NCBI GenBank assembly: GCA_963693365.1
Contig: CAVNZM010000015.1
Location: 2,976,001 to 3,040,000, forward strand
DNA length: 64,000 bases
Reading direction: 5' to 3'
Source: Amoebidium appalachense
Lineage: Eukaryota; Protista; Ichthyosporea
Shown piece after piece: positions 30,101 to 42,389 of this stretch. The stretch's first letter is position 1. Every line of letters begins with the position of its first letter. The position numbers and the translations under genes were made by a program. The notes below the pieces were generated by a model. That model saw only the letters and a program-made list of their open reading frames with translations, had not been told where the DNA came from and searched no databases.

Positions 30101-32130
30101 TCATCGTGATGGTGCGGATAGGGGTGGAGATGGGGTGAGTGGGTGGGGAAGGGGGGTGCGTGAGTGGGGGGGTGGGGGGGGGGGGAAGGGGGGGTGCGTG
30201 AGTGGGGGGGGGGGGGGGGGGAGGAGAAGGGGGGGGGGGGGGGGGAGTTACCATAAACACGACCGTCGAAGGTAGTCACTTGTTGGTTACCCTGTCAATG
30301 GACGTAGTGAGTAAATCAATCACCCACTTCCACTCTTATTCCTGGGCTCCAACATTAACTTACGACAGCTTGATCTACAAATAGCACAGCCGGGCTAGTG
30401 CATATATAACTGGTGTTTGTAGAGATAATCGGGGTGAGTTATTTGGTTTCACAGGTCAGCCTGACTTGCCGGATTTACGTGGGCATCTTCACGTGCGCCG
30501 GGGGTTGGGGGGGGGGGGGGGGGGGGAGGGGGGAGGGGGGAGGAATAGATGTGAGTAGGTCAGCCTGAAATCCGATACGACTTTCTGTATGGCTGGTGAA
30601 GAGCATGAGGGATGGGGTCGGGCCATTGCAGGGAAAAATCGGGAGTTTCAGTTTCTTACCCAAGCAATGCACGTCTTGTAGGTAGGAGGGGTGGTTGTGA
30701 CAGTGGAATTGCGGGTGTAACCCTGGATGGCCGTCCTCAACCCATTAAATGCTGTATCCCTGCTTGTGCTGGTAACGGGGAACTGAATCACGCCGTTGTA
30801 GGTTGCAGAACCCGCACGACGCGCCGCGGTGACGCACTGAGGGGTAGCCCAGTTGGAAGAAGTGAAAGTGAGGCTGCACTTGTCAAAGGCGAAAATTTCA
30901 CCGTACGAGTTGGAGATTGTGAGGGTAACGTCGGAACCCGGAGGATCGGTAAGGTTGAAGCAGACCTGTTGGTTGGGGGTGTTGGGGGAGGAGAGGATGG
31001 CGGCAGGGAAAACGTTGATGTCCGGGCCGACCCCGGGAAGAAGGAAGTTTGTGGTGATGTTGGTGTATTCGAGGTAGCCGGGGGGCTTCCACAGGAGACG
31101 GGCAAAAGTTGCACCACCTGGAAGGATTAAAAAAAAAAAAAAACGAGTCAGGATTTTCCATTTGATTGTTGAAAATACATTTGATTCAAGTGCTTTGTTC
31201 TTAATACACTTATTTCGTTGGCAACTTGTCAGGTTTCACAGGCCCGATTGGGCAGAGGCAGAAAATCAAAAAAACAATTGGAGATAATCATGCCGCTCAG
31301 CACACCGAGTAAAAATAAAACGGGAATGACTGGAAGGGAACAGAAACGAAAGGGGTAATGGTGGGCTGGGGGGGGGGGGGGGGGGGGGGAGCACTAAAAC
31401 GGGAAGCTGAAAAAAGGGTAACCCAAACGTTAGATGAAGATGCATTCTTCAATGAATGAACTATTAGTGAACCCATGGGATCGTGGTCAACCTTGTTATT
31501 TTATTTATTTTTTAATATTTGCACATTTTTTTCGTTCCCTCCTTTTGAAATAACTCAATTATTGTTCATTTAAATTTTTTATTTTTATTTTTTTTTATTT
31601 TTTTTGGGGGAGGGGGGAGGGGGCATCAAATACCAGTATTGACAATCTGCATCTTGATGGGGAGCAGCTGGCCAGCCGTCAGGGTCAGGTTGGCCCCAAT
31701 GCTCGGCACACTCACGCCACCGGCCCAGACCGTCAGGTTGAGATACGGGGTGCTGGTGTTGCCAACGTACAGAATGACGGCATCATCCCACCCCAAAAGC
31801 ATAAAGGAATACACTCCTGTACAGGGGACACGAACACGCCCTTGCATGATTGCGTTCTGGACTTGACCGACTGGGATACCGGTCAGATAGCGTCCGAAAA
31901 CGTTGTAGGTGCTGTTGGTGGCGTATGCGTCAAAGGCGGGACCCATGCGGGAATCCATTTGAGTGGTGGGGGTGATGCCAAAGAGATAGTAGTGTGTGCA
32001 GACGTCATAGCTGCTGCATGGTGCTGCAGCCGGTGCGTAGGTGAAACCGGGTTCGATGCGTGTGATACCAAGAACGGAGCTCGGAACCACGGGCCAATAT
32101 CCTCCACCATTGTTGGGGAACAAGGACTGG

Positions 32131-32197
<67 letters not shown>

Positions 32198-32446
32198 TGG
32201 AGGGGGGGGGGGGGGGGGGGGAGAAACGTAAGATATGGGAAAAGCTCAGGCTTAGTTGAGATGTCTCCATTTTAATGTAACCACTGGTTAAAACTCCAAG
32301 ACTTCGGGTATTTATAGCAGATTGAAAAGAAGAGACCTGTCGAATATACTTTTTTTTGGCCACCAGCCTAATATTCTGAACTGTGGGAGAATGGGACTGA
32401 AGGCTTTCTTAGGCTCAGTTTTTGGGGGGCCCAAGGGAGAAAAAAA

Positions 32447-32492
<46 letters not shown>

Positions 32493-33263
32493 GTAATCTT
32501 ACCTTTGGGCCACCATATGGATAGTAGGCGAAAAGAACACCAAATTGACTGTAGCCACCCGTAATGGGTGGTGGAACAAGGCACGTGGTAGGGCTGGTCC
32601 CTGAAGAAGGCCGGGTTTAGATTATATTTAACGAATAAATGTCCAAAAATAAATTTCCTGAAATTTCAAAATGAACCCTTTGTCCTTAAAGTGAGATGCT
32701 GGAACACCACAGTATGAAGTATGTGCACATATTCCTGGGCTGACCAAGGGGGAGGGAGGGGGCTCCGGGAAGCTTAGTGTCCACATGCAGAGGGGTAATA
32801 ATTGTCAACCACTTTGCTTCTTAGAAGGCGGAAAACATTGGAAGTGATTTATCAAATAACCTGAACTATAAGAAATAACCTGCAATTAACCTGAAGCATG
32901 TGATATAGCAAGTTTGAGAACAGATCTTTATATTGCGACCCTGCACCAAACCGTACCACTTTTTGCACAAAACTTGAGAAACTCTTATTGAGTTATTATA
33001 TATTATAAAAGTGAAGAAAGAATCAGCACCACCACACCAGTAAGTACCTTTTGCGTAAGTCTGCCAAGTCTGCCCGGTCTTTCGTATTTCCGGGCAGGAG
33101 CTGTAAAGATTGCAATCCAAAAATGTAGAAGAGTACGAGTAGAACTTGCAAGCAGCCTTAGAGTTGCACGCGTTAGCGCATGAACCGACGGAGCCAGTAT
33201 TTGGATACGTGTTGATGAGGAAATCGTCCACACAGTAGTAATTGGCGGGTGCGGGCCACGTCG

Positions 33264-33312
<49 letters not shown>

Positions 33313-34394
33313 TCATCACGTCGAGTATGTATGTGTGGTGCATGAAAAGGAATAGGGGAAAGTGGGAGTATTAGACATCGGAAGTGGAACCTAGGGGTGT
33401 CGTGCCGTGTCTGCCAGGGAGTATTCAGGTCATGGTGGATAAATACAGAAGACATTGTACTAAAAGTCGACCTGAAGGATTTGACAGATAACTTACCGCT
33501 GCAGCACTTCAAATTTATCACCACCATCATCTCCGGACACACCACACACACACAAACCGTACACCAAAGGCGGAGGCACACAGCCTTCTGAAGAATCCCA
33601 AATGCTAGCAAATAAGAATTGGAAAAAGCAGACTCAAAAAAAAAAAAAAGAAGAAGAAGAAGAAGAAAGAGAGAAAAAAGGTATGCAGTTGGATTCCGAT
33701 GATGCTATTGTTCCCTATTCAACAGTTCTGGTGTTTAATTTTTTTATCATGGATTATTATTATCTTTTCTTTTCTTTTTGTTTGGGGAAGGGGGAGGGGG
33801 GCGTTTACCTGGCGCATAAGTTTGGTCCAGAGCTGTGGATCGGGCCATGGATTCAGATTCAGTAAAAAAAAATAAAAAAGAGAGAGAGAGAGAGAGAGAA
33901 TCGACGAGAAAGCAGAGAAGGAAAAAAAAAAAAAAATGTGGCATTTTTTGCTCCCTCTAACACGGTTTCTCGCCAATATCATGCAGACTGAGTCATGACA
34001 GGTCATTTAGCACGTTAGATTTTAGTCTTCTATAAAAAACAAGGATTTGCAAAAGCAACGGCAAGGTTCTCCTCTATTTTTGTCCGTTTTTTCCCCTTGT
34101 GTAAGAACATATCTTAGTTCCGTTTGGTAAGGAAACCCGTGTTGCCTTCACTATTTATCGGCACACACACGCATATTGAAACAATTTATTTCTCTTACCC
34201 AAGAGATTTCATACGAGTTGATTAGTCCACTGGCACTTTCATCAACACGGTGTTCCATCTTCAAATCATAATGCTGTTCATAAACAGCGAGTAACTACGA
34301 ACACAAGTAAAGCATGCGGCGGCAGGGGATTGTGGATGGGCAGATATAAGACCCAGTGCCTAAGGAATGTGTGTGTGTGTGTGAATTGGGAAGG

Positions 34395-34425
<31 letters not shown>

Positions 34426-34715
34426 GGGGGGGGGTAAAGGGGAGAAGGGGGGTTGAACGTTGTTCAAATCGTGCGGGAGAAGGAGGGACTTCTTACGAAC
34501 ATCGTAGGTAATATAGCCACTGGCAGAATCAAGCCTTTCACAGGTGTAGAAAAGCATGCACGTGCCAGAGGAGCTCTCGTGCGCGTAGAACTTGCATCCA
34601 TCACGACTGCGGCAGGCATCACGACAGTCGGTGCGTGCAGAGTAGGTGCCGGACCAGATCAAGTTGCCATCAGGTTCGGCGCTGACACAGCGGTAGTCGT
34701 TGTTTGGGAACGTGG
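22301..34715 (-). CDS. Large modular extracellular protein (at least ~1710 aa): 2x PAN/apple, PA14-like, Ig/Calx-beta-like, vWD, C8-like, 5x EGF (3 Ca-binding type), Pro-rich linker, Cys-rich repeats, 3x DUF642/galactose-binding-like domains. 5' end not located
   Basis: Phase-consistent exons in transcript order: 34715-34497, 33832-33809 (tentative micro-exon), 33263-33048, 32600-32503, 32126-31634, 31117-30660, 30291-30252, 30070-29829, 29508-29299, 28589-27959, 27711-27586, 27254-27129, 26784-26668, 26213-26091, 25737-25597, 25283-25017, 24687-24154, 23813-23280, 22845-22301 (TAA). Motifs: CRDACRSRDGCKFY, GWDDAVILYVG, LTFTSSNWATPQCVT, TCIAWGNQQVTTFDG, SGLCANYNGNKVDDF, DVDEC/DDDEC..C.NT.GSY.C.C, and NGDFE.P...GNQFAEINA...LYQ...HRGR.G.D three times. 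Confidence 0.88.
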
Positions 34716-35477
34716 CTGTGGTGAATATTATGTTATAAGAATTGATTTGATGACAGAAATAAAACATAAGGTTTAACTTACGTGACTCATCATGGTGTGC
34801 CGTATATTTCTGTGTACGTGTGTGTGTGAGTGTGGGTGTGTGTCACGGGATACTTGTGTTATGTAAATGTATGTGTCGTATGTATGGGATTGAATGTGTG
34901 CTGTTTGAGCTCTGAGTGTGGTGTGCATGTGTAATGAACACAACGTTTTCTACAGGAAAAATGATGTGTTATTTAACGGACAAAACGAATACAAAACGGA
35001 GGAGGAAAATGACCTGAGGGACTCGCTTGTAATACCTCGTGAAAGAAATGCAAAGTATTTAAGTGGCCAAAGTTATTCACTGTGACTGTCACATTCGTTG
35101 TTGATCGAGATCTTACGGGTGGAACACACCGTGCAAGTATCAAGCCGTCCACCCAACTGTAATAAGGACCGATGCACAAAAATTACATGTTTGTTGAGAT
35201 CGGGGACCATTTTGTACATATTAGAGAGAAGCACTTATCTGAGAAATGGGGCTTAAAATGGTACTGATGGTGTTTCTGAGTTTGGTTTGGAAAGGGGAGG
35301 AGGGGGGGGGGGGGGGGGGGGGAGACACAAGATAAGTCATTGTTGCGGAGCTTACCTGGGGGACTGTATATGCGGGCTGTTGAAAATCAGGTTGATGAAA
35401 CGGTTTCGTTGATTGAAGAACATACCAGTTCACGAAGAAGTGTAGCCCGTTGTCGTATGTGTGTGCATATGGGAATC

Positions 35478-35509
<32 letters not shown>

Positions 35510-35598
35510 GTATTCATGTGTGTTTGTCTTTGCATATGTGCGGAAAATGGAAGGACGTTGTTGACTGTGTGTGCACATTTGTGAGAGCCAGCATGAGC

Positions 35599-35643
<45 letters not shown>

Positions 35644-38600
35644 TGTGTTTGTGTGCATGGGCTGGTGGTAGGCAGGTTTGTGTGACAGTAGTGTTGGTGT
35701 GTGTATGAGTGCAAGTTTATAAACCGAAGCATCTTTGTATGTGCATGTGTGGTCACGTGTTTTGGGTGTAGAGTTTTGTGGATGTCAGTGATGGAGCACT
35801 CAAGGGTTGATGTTGGGGATTTTTCTTGGTTTACCTATAGGACAAGTAACAGGAACCATTCTGAAAACCAAAGTGACTTCCAATCGCAATGGAGCAACAA
35901 ATCCAATGAAGCCCCACACCTGTCACAACCTGCAGCTGCCTGGCAAGCTTAACGTTAATGCATTTAATAATCAACCCATTTGATTTGAAGTGTATTTGTC
36001 AATTAATTTGTCACCTATTAGTCCAGGAGACATCTCAATTCACATATAATACAAAAAATTACAGCGCATCAGGCCTAGTAATACTATAGTGGGGGTAGAG
36101 TGGGGGTAGGCATAACGTACATTGTGCGGACACCTGCTCGGTGACCAGGAGAACGCAGAGAAGGACCCCTGGCAGCCATCCTAAGGGGAAGGCTGTGCGG
36201 GCGGGCATTTTCCCAACTCCACGTTATATTATATTTTCTCCGAGTGTCCCGAGTACTAGAAAGGCCAGAAAATGAGACGTTTGGTATCAGAGCCAAACCC
36301 ACGTGTACTCATGCATGCACACAGGCCTTGTCGAAACGAAAGCCTTGAAGTTAGTTGGAAAACATGGAGCTCGTTGGCCTTGCCTACGGAGTGAGTTCCA
36401 CACATAAACACGCGCGCACATGCATGCACAGAGCAAACTCTGTAACGTTGCTTATAATTGGCGCTAGCACTACCCTATTCTCAGATCGCCTCCCCTATTT
36501 GCGGGGGAAGTGATTGAATGGCACTTGGTAAGCAAACGGCTTTTTCTGTGCCTTGGGATCCACGACAACGACAGCACGACCCACACATAGACAGGCTGTG
36601 AAATTTTTGTAGCGGGACCCTGAAACCAAAGACTTTCCCTTGACTTTTAGCTGAGATCCACCAATTTCACAGCCAAAATATTGTTAATTTAGGGGGAGGA
36701 AAAAAAAAAAAAAAAAGAAAAAAAAAAAAACATAAAAACGATTTATGGCTCTATTAGGGCCTTCCAGACAGGGGAAAAGTTGCGAAAATGATCATGACAC
36801 CAGCCAGGCTCGAAACGAATTTCACGCCCTGCCCACAGATGAAAGAAACAATGACATAACGTTCAACATGGCTGTACAGGTTCAACCGATCAACATTCCG
36901 TTGTTAAAAAAAAGATTGTTGATTGGTTATCCCTATTTCCAATATAAACTTTCCGCATTCTTTCAAGCTAAGTAGTACATGACCGAGTATGGTGTTCGTG
37001 GGTAGAACTGTAGCCTTATTTTACTGAAGAAAGCCCGTATTAATGTGAATTTCAAATAAATAATAATGCATTTGCCCAGGTTTAGCGGTCGCGTGCGGTG
37101 ACCACACATTGATTTCTGCGCCTCTGATTGCAGGTTCAAATGTTCAAATACGCGCGTCACGGGCCGCGCGCAGCGGCGCGCATGAGCTTGTAGTATCACA
37201 ATGAATGGTGTGAGTATCAAAGAACCTCCTTATAATACCAAAAAAATGCTGTATGTACATATAGAACTCCCAAAATAAAATAGTGTTCAAGAAAAAATAT
37301 ATGCCTGCTGTGATCGATATATTTGGGGCACACACTTGAGAAGGAGCATGGGCCTGTGCCAGGAATGGCATGAACCCATAATGCATTCCTGTGGATAAAT
37401 ATCGCACCCTGTCAACATTGTTGCCGTACGCCAGAAATAAACCTTGAACCACATGTACACTTTCCGCTATGAATACATTTCAAAAGAAAGTGAAAATTTA
37501 AAAAAAAAAAAAAAAAAAAAAAGTAGGATGATTGATATTGTGACCAGAAATTAAGAGAATTAACCGGCTTTGCGATCTTCCGCTCGTGACCCAAAGCAAA
37601 AAAGGTCCCAATGTCCGGGTACTCGTGCGTTTATTGAGGAATCCGATTGCATTCCTCATAAGATTCCTCCAAGCATACACAGCTCTAAATCCGCTGTGGT
37701 CAAAGCCCACTGCCAATCACAATGCGTTGTAAAGCTGCATGTAAACAGGCAACTGAAACTCGGAATGATAAAGTAATGGCATTATTCTGCTACTAACGCA
37801 TATGATACATACAATATTAAAATACAAAAGAAGAAAAAAGTGAAACAATAGAAATAAAAATGAAAAGCAGCCCGCCATTGTACATAATATATATCTGGAT
37901 GGCTTTTGAAAAGCGTGGACTAGTTGTTGTGTACAGTACAGTGCATATGCCAGACTGTTCCAGTGCCTGGGCTGGGGTAGACCGTAACCCCCACACCTTA
38001 TGCCAGCGTGGACCAATGAGCCCAGTCGAAAAATGAATAACAGTATTCATGGCAATAACTTTTATCACTTGAAGAACCAAAATCATGTAGCATTGGGCTG
38101 AGATAATTCACCGGGCTTTGAAGGGACTCTTTGAAAGTCCACCTCAGATGATTGTAAATATAAACAAAAAAGAAAACTCAACTTATTAATGTACACATTA
38201 CTAGTCACCGTGGCACCTATAGAGTATATCAACCGAATCTTTTTATTATGATGGTATTCTATGATATTGCTTTGAATTCAGCCACTTTGGTCAATCGAGT
38301 ACTGACTTTTCTGGCAGGAAGAAATGTGGCCGTTTTCTTTTTGTTTTTTTTGTACGTACACTGCCATATCATTCTTTGGGTGCCTCCCCTCCGGCTATCC
38401 GGGATCCCCCCTCCCGTACTCCCCCCCCCCCCCCCCCCCCTCCCCCACTCCTTCTCTCCCTGTGGCTCCCCGGAGTACCTGCTCCCTTTCCCCCCCCCCC
38501 CCCCCCCCCCCCCTTCCCCCAACCCTCCATGGCGCATCACATCATATCTCTTTCCGAGTCTCTGTGCCTCTCTTACAAAATTTTCAAATCGGCCAACGTA

Positions 38601-38867
38601 CGTGGTGTCGAATACTCGCTAGAGATCTCATTCTTCTCCCCTACCTCCCTACTCTCTCTCCCCGGGTACCGGTGTATTATCGACCCTGTCTAGATGTTCC
38701 TACAGTCTGGCTGTTCCTTTATAGATAGATAGTTTTCCCCCATATCCCTCTCTCACATGTACACCCTCTCTCCGGGCTCTAGATTTCTCCTCTCACTCTA
38801 TCACTCTCTCATTCTCACGCTCTCGATGATCTATCTCGAACACACAATACAAAACACTCTTTCTCCC

Positions 38868-39890
<1,023 letters not shown>

Positions 39891-40763
39891 ACCTGACAAC
39901 AGCATTGTGACAGACACACCGTGGCACAAAAAACGTACACATTATTGCCAGTTCGGCCGCAGATATGTAGATCCGATCATCATGTGACAGTGAGCCTCAC
40001 AGAACACAGAGACGCACATACACTAGTCTCCAAGGCTATCTATGTACCCACTGGCTTACGTAAGTGGCTGAGCACTACTACTTGTACGCCGCAACATACA
40101 GCTTGATACAAGGTATGTTGAGCCGGGCCGCAGGGAGACAGCACTCAAGGTGACTACACTTACACGTAACGTAGTGCTCTACGGCATTCGCACGGGGAGG
40201 AGGTGCCGGCCTAAGGAAAACACACGTACACACGCACACAAACACAAACACACACACACACATATACTCCACACACGCACGCACGGACGCACGCACGCAC
40301 GCATTACAAGCACGGGCAGGCACCGTGGGCCCGTGGCGCACGCACACCGTGTGGGTGACTTATATAAATCATCGATTCCCCCGTGGGGCCGTGGCCCGTG
40401 GCCCGTGGCCCGTGGGGCGGCCTGTCCGTCCGTCATCTCGTCATCCTGTCCCGAAGGAATGGAATTTGTGCCTTATAGCCAGTCACAAAAGACAAGCTGT
40501 TAGAAACAATACGATTGGAGCTTTGGAAATTTGGTATGCGGAAAACCCGGGAAACGAAATTGATTTACTTCTTGAGCAATCATTGCTTCCGCGTATTCCC
40601 CCAACACAAGACGGTACTGTATTTATCAAATACATGGTGTTAGGATACTTAATTTGCCAAATAAAAATTTAACGTGCATAGTATAGCGTTTTCGGAACAC
40701 TGTTTTCTCCTCGCCGAGTCCTCGGTCCGGCGTCATCTTTTGCAACCCTGTCGTTGATACGTT

Positions 40764-40847
40764 AACCAATCAGATACTGCAACCAATCAAACGTTTCTTT
40801 CTCGTTTCAAGACAGCTATATAAACAAGACACGCACAGAGCTCAGTC
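40764..40847 (+). promoter_or_regulatory. Core promoter of the ENT gene: two CCAAT boxes, TATA box and initiator
   Basis: AACCAATCAG at 40764-40773, AACCAATCAA at 40781-40790, TATATAAA at 40817-40824, and Inr-like TCAGTC at 40842-40847 (its A is 27 nt after the start of the TATA box). The ATG is about 60 nt further downstream. Confidence 0.65.
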
Positions 40848-40907
40848 AACAGTTGTTCACATCATACACACATTACACAGTGTATAACTCAAGGTACAAA
40901 CGCAACC

Positions 40908-42389
40908 ATGTCAGCCAAAATGGAATTTACGCACTGTTCATCTGGCACATGCGTGGCCGCAAGCAACAACGGTGAAAAGAAAACAGCAGGCACAAGCGCA
41001 TGCATGCACATGTCCGAGCAAAAATCCACACCGATTTCACCGGCGCAAGCTGCTGTTTCGGACATCGATAGGGCGTTTGCCACTCCAACCGACGAGCCCA
41101 CAGACAAGTACCACCTTGTGAAGGCTGCGTTTGTTGTGCAAGGGTTCGGGTATCTTCTGCCATGGAACGCATGCTTGACAATCACTAGCTATTGGAACTA
41201 CAAGCTGCAAGGGTCCCAGTTTCTCGCCAACTACATGAACTATTTCACCTTCGTCAACTGTGGTATTCTCTTCTTCACCTCCGGTGCATTTTCTCGCCTC
41301 CAACACAAAACTACCCTGTACTCGCGAGTTTCCGTCCCTCTCATTTCCCAAACGCTCGTTATGGTAGGCAACTTGATTTTGGTCTTCATTGACGGCATTT
41401 CTGGCGATGCGTTCTTTTTGATCACAATTGCTCTCATTGTCATCGCCTCCCTTGCGGTGGGTATCCAGCAGCCGGGGGTGTATTCAGTAGCTGCCTACCT
41501 CCCCGAAAAATACATCGGTTATGCAATCCAAGGAGAGGCATGGGGTGGTGTGTTTGTGTCCCTTTTGGCTATCTTTGTACTTTTGGGTGTGTCGGACGTC
41601 TTGGTGGCTGCCAGCATCTTTTTCTCCATCTCCGTAGCCATTCTCATTATGTGCTACGTCAGCTACCTTTACATCCTTCGGTCGGAGATCTTCCGTTTCT
41701 GGTATGCCTATCGCATGCCCATTCAGACAACAACCAGCGGCGACAAGGAGAAAGCAGCTGATTCATCAAGTGAAAGAACCGTCGAAGAAAACGACGATAG
41801 TGTTAGCTGGGCCCATTACTTTTTCGTTTTCCGGCGCTCGTGCGACCTCGCCTTTTCAGCATGGTTCAACTATACAGTCACACTCATGATCTATCCCGTG
41901 CTTCCTCTCTCCATCGTGCCCCTCACCCAGTCGAGCTCCAGGTTCTTTGGCGACATGTGGGTGCCCGTGGTAGTTTTCCTCTTCTTCAGCATTTTCGACG
42001 CTGTCGGTCGGTTTTCCGCCCCGTATATCCTTGTTCCACGCAAATTTGTCGCTCTCCTTTCGCTGGCCCGTGTTGTGTTGATCCCCATGTTTCTCATGTG
42101 CAACGGCAAGTGTGTGGATGTTGCAACCGGAAACCTGAACGACTCCCTCCCTCCGAACGTGTTTATGCACGACGCATTCCCGATAATCTTCAACATTCTT
42201 TTGGCATTCACCGGAGGTTACACCACGTATGCCTCTATGCACTACACCCCCACCACCGTTGAAGGAAAGGACCGGTCTCTGGCCAGCACTATTGTTACAA
42301 CCTTCTTGATGTTTGGGCTTTTGAGCGGTACCCTGATGTCTTTTGCTGCAAAAGCAATCAACTGCGGAGGCAATCCATTCTCTGCATAG
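40908..42389 (+). CDS. Equilibrative nucleoside transporter (ENT/SLC29 family), 493 aa, intronless
   Basis: Uninterrupted ORF from ATG to TAG with about 11 hydrophobic helices. ENT signatures: DKYHLV..F...GFGYLLPWNA.LT..SYW, FF.ITIALIVI, YSVAAYLPEKY..AI.GE..GG.F, FNYTVTLMIYP, F.IFDAVGR, AR...IPMFLMCN, LAFTGGY, FLMFGLLSG...SF. Confidence 0.95.
   Translation: MSAKMEFTHCSSGTCVAASNNGEKKTAGTSACMHMSEQKSTPISPAQAAVSDIDRAFATPTDEPTDKYHLVKAAFVVQGFGYLLPWNACLTITSYWNYKLQGSQFLANYMNYFTFVNCGILFFTSGAFSRLQHKTTLYSRVSVPLISQTLVMVGNLILVFIDGISGDAFFLITIALIVIASLAVGIQQPGVYSVAAYLPEKYIGYAIQGEAWGGVFVSLLAIFVLLGVSDVLVAASIFFSISVAILIMCYVSYLYILRSEIFRFWYAYRMPIQTTTSGDKEKAADSSSERTVEENDDSVSWAHYFFVFRRSCDLAFSAWFNYTVTLMIYPVLPLSIVPLTQSSSRFFGDMWVPVVVFLFFSIFDAVGRFSAPYILVPRKFVALLSLARVVLIPMFLMCNGKCVDVATGNLNDSLPPNVFMHDAFPIIFNILLAFTGGYTTYASMHYTPTTVEGKDRSLASTIVTTFLMFGLLSGTLMSFAAKAINCGGNPFSA

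Noticed and set aside
35340-36900. Candidate first exons or signal peptide of the large minus-strand gene
   Set aside because: Several donor-like sites exist, but I could not build a unique ATG-initiated, phase-consistent path, so the 5' end is left open.
37144-38086. Coding-looking minus-strand fragments (possible pseudogene)
   Set aside because: No recognisable motif, stops in the candidate frames, and no consistent exon chain. It needs a translated homology search.
41037-42262. Antisense and alternative-frame ORFs overlapping the ENT gene
   Set aside because: Shadow ORFs of a real coding sequence with no independent features.
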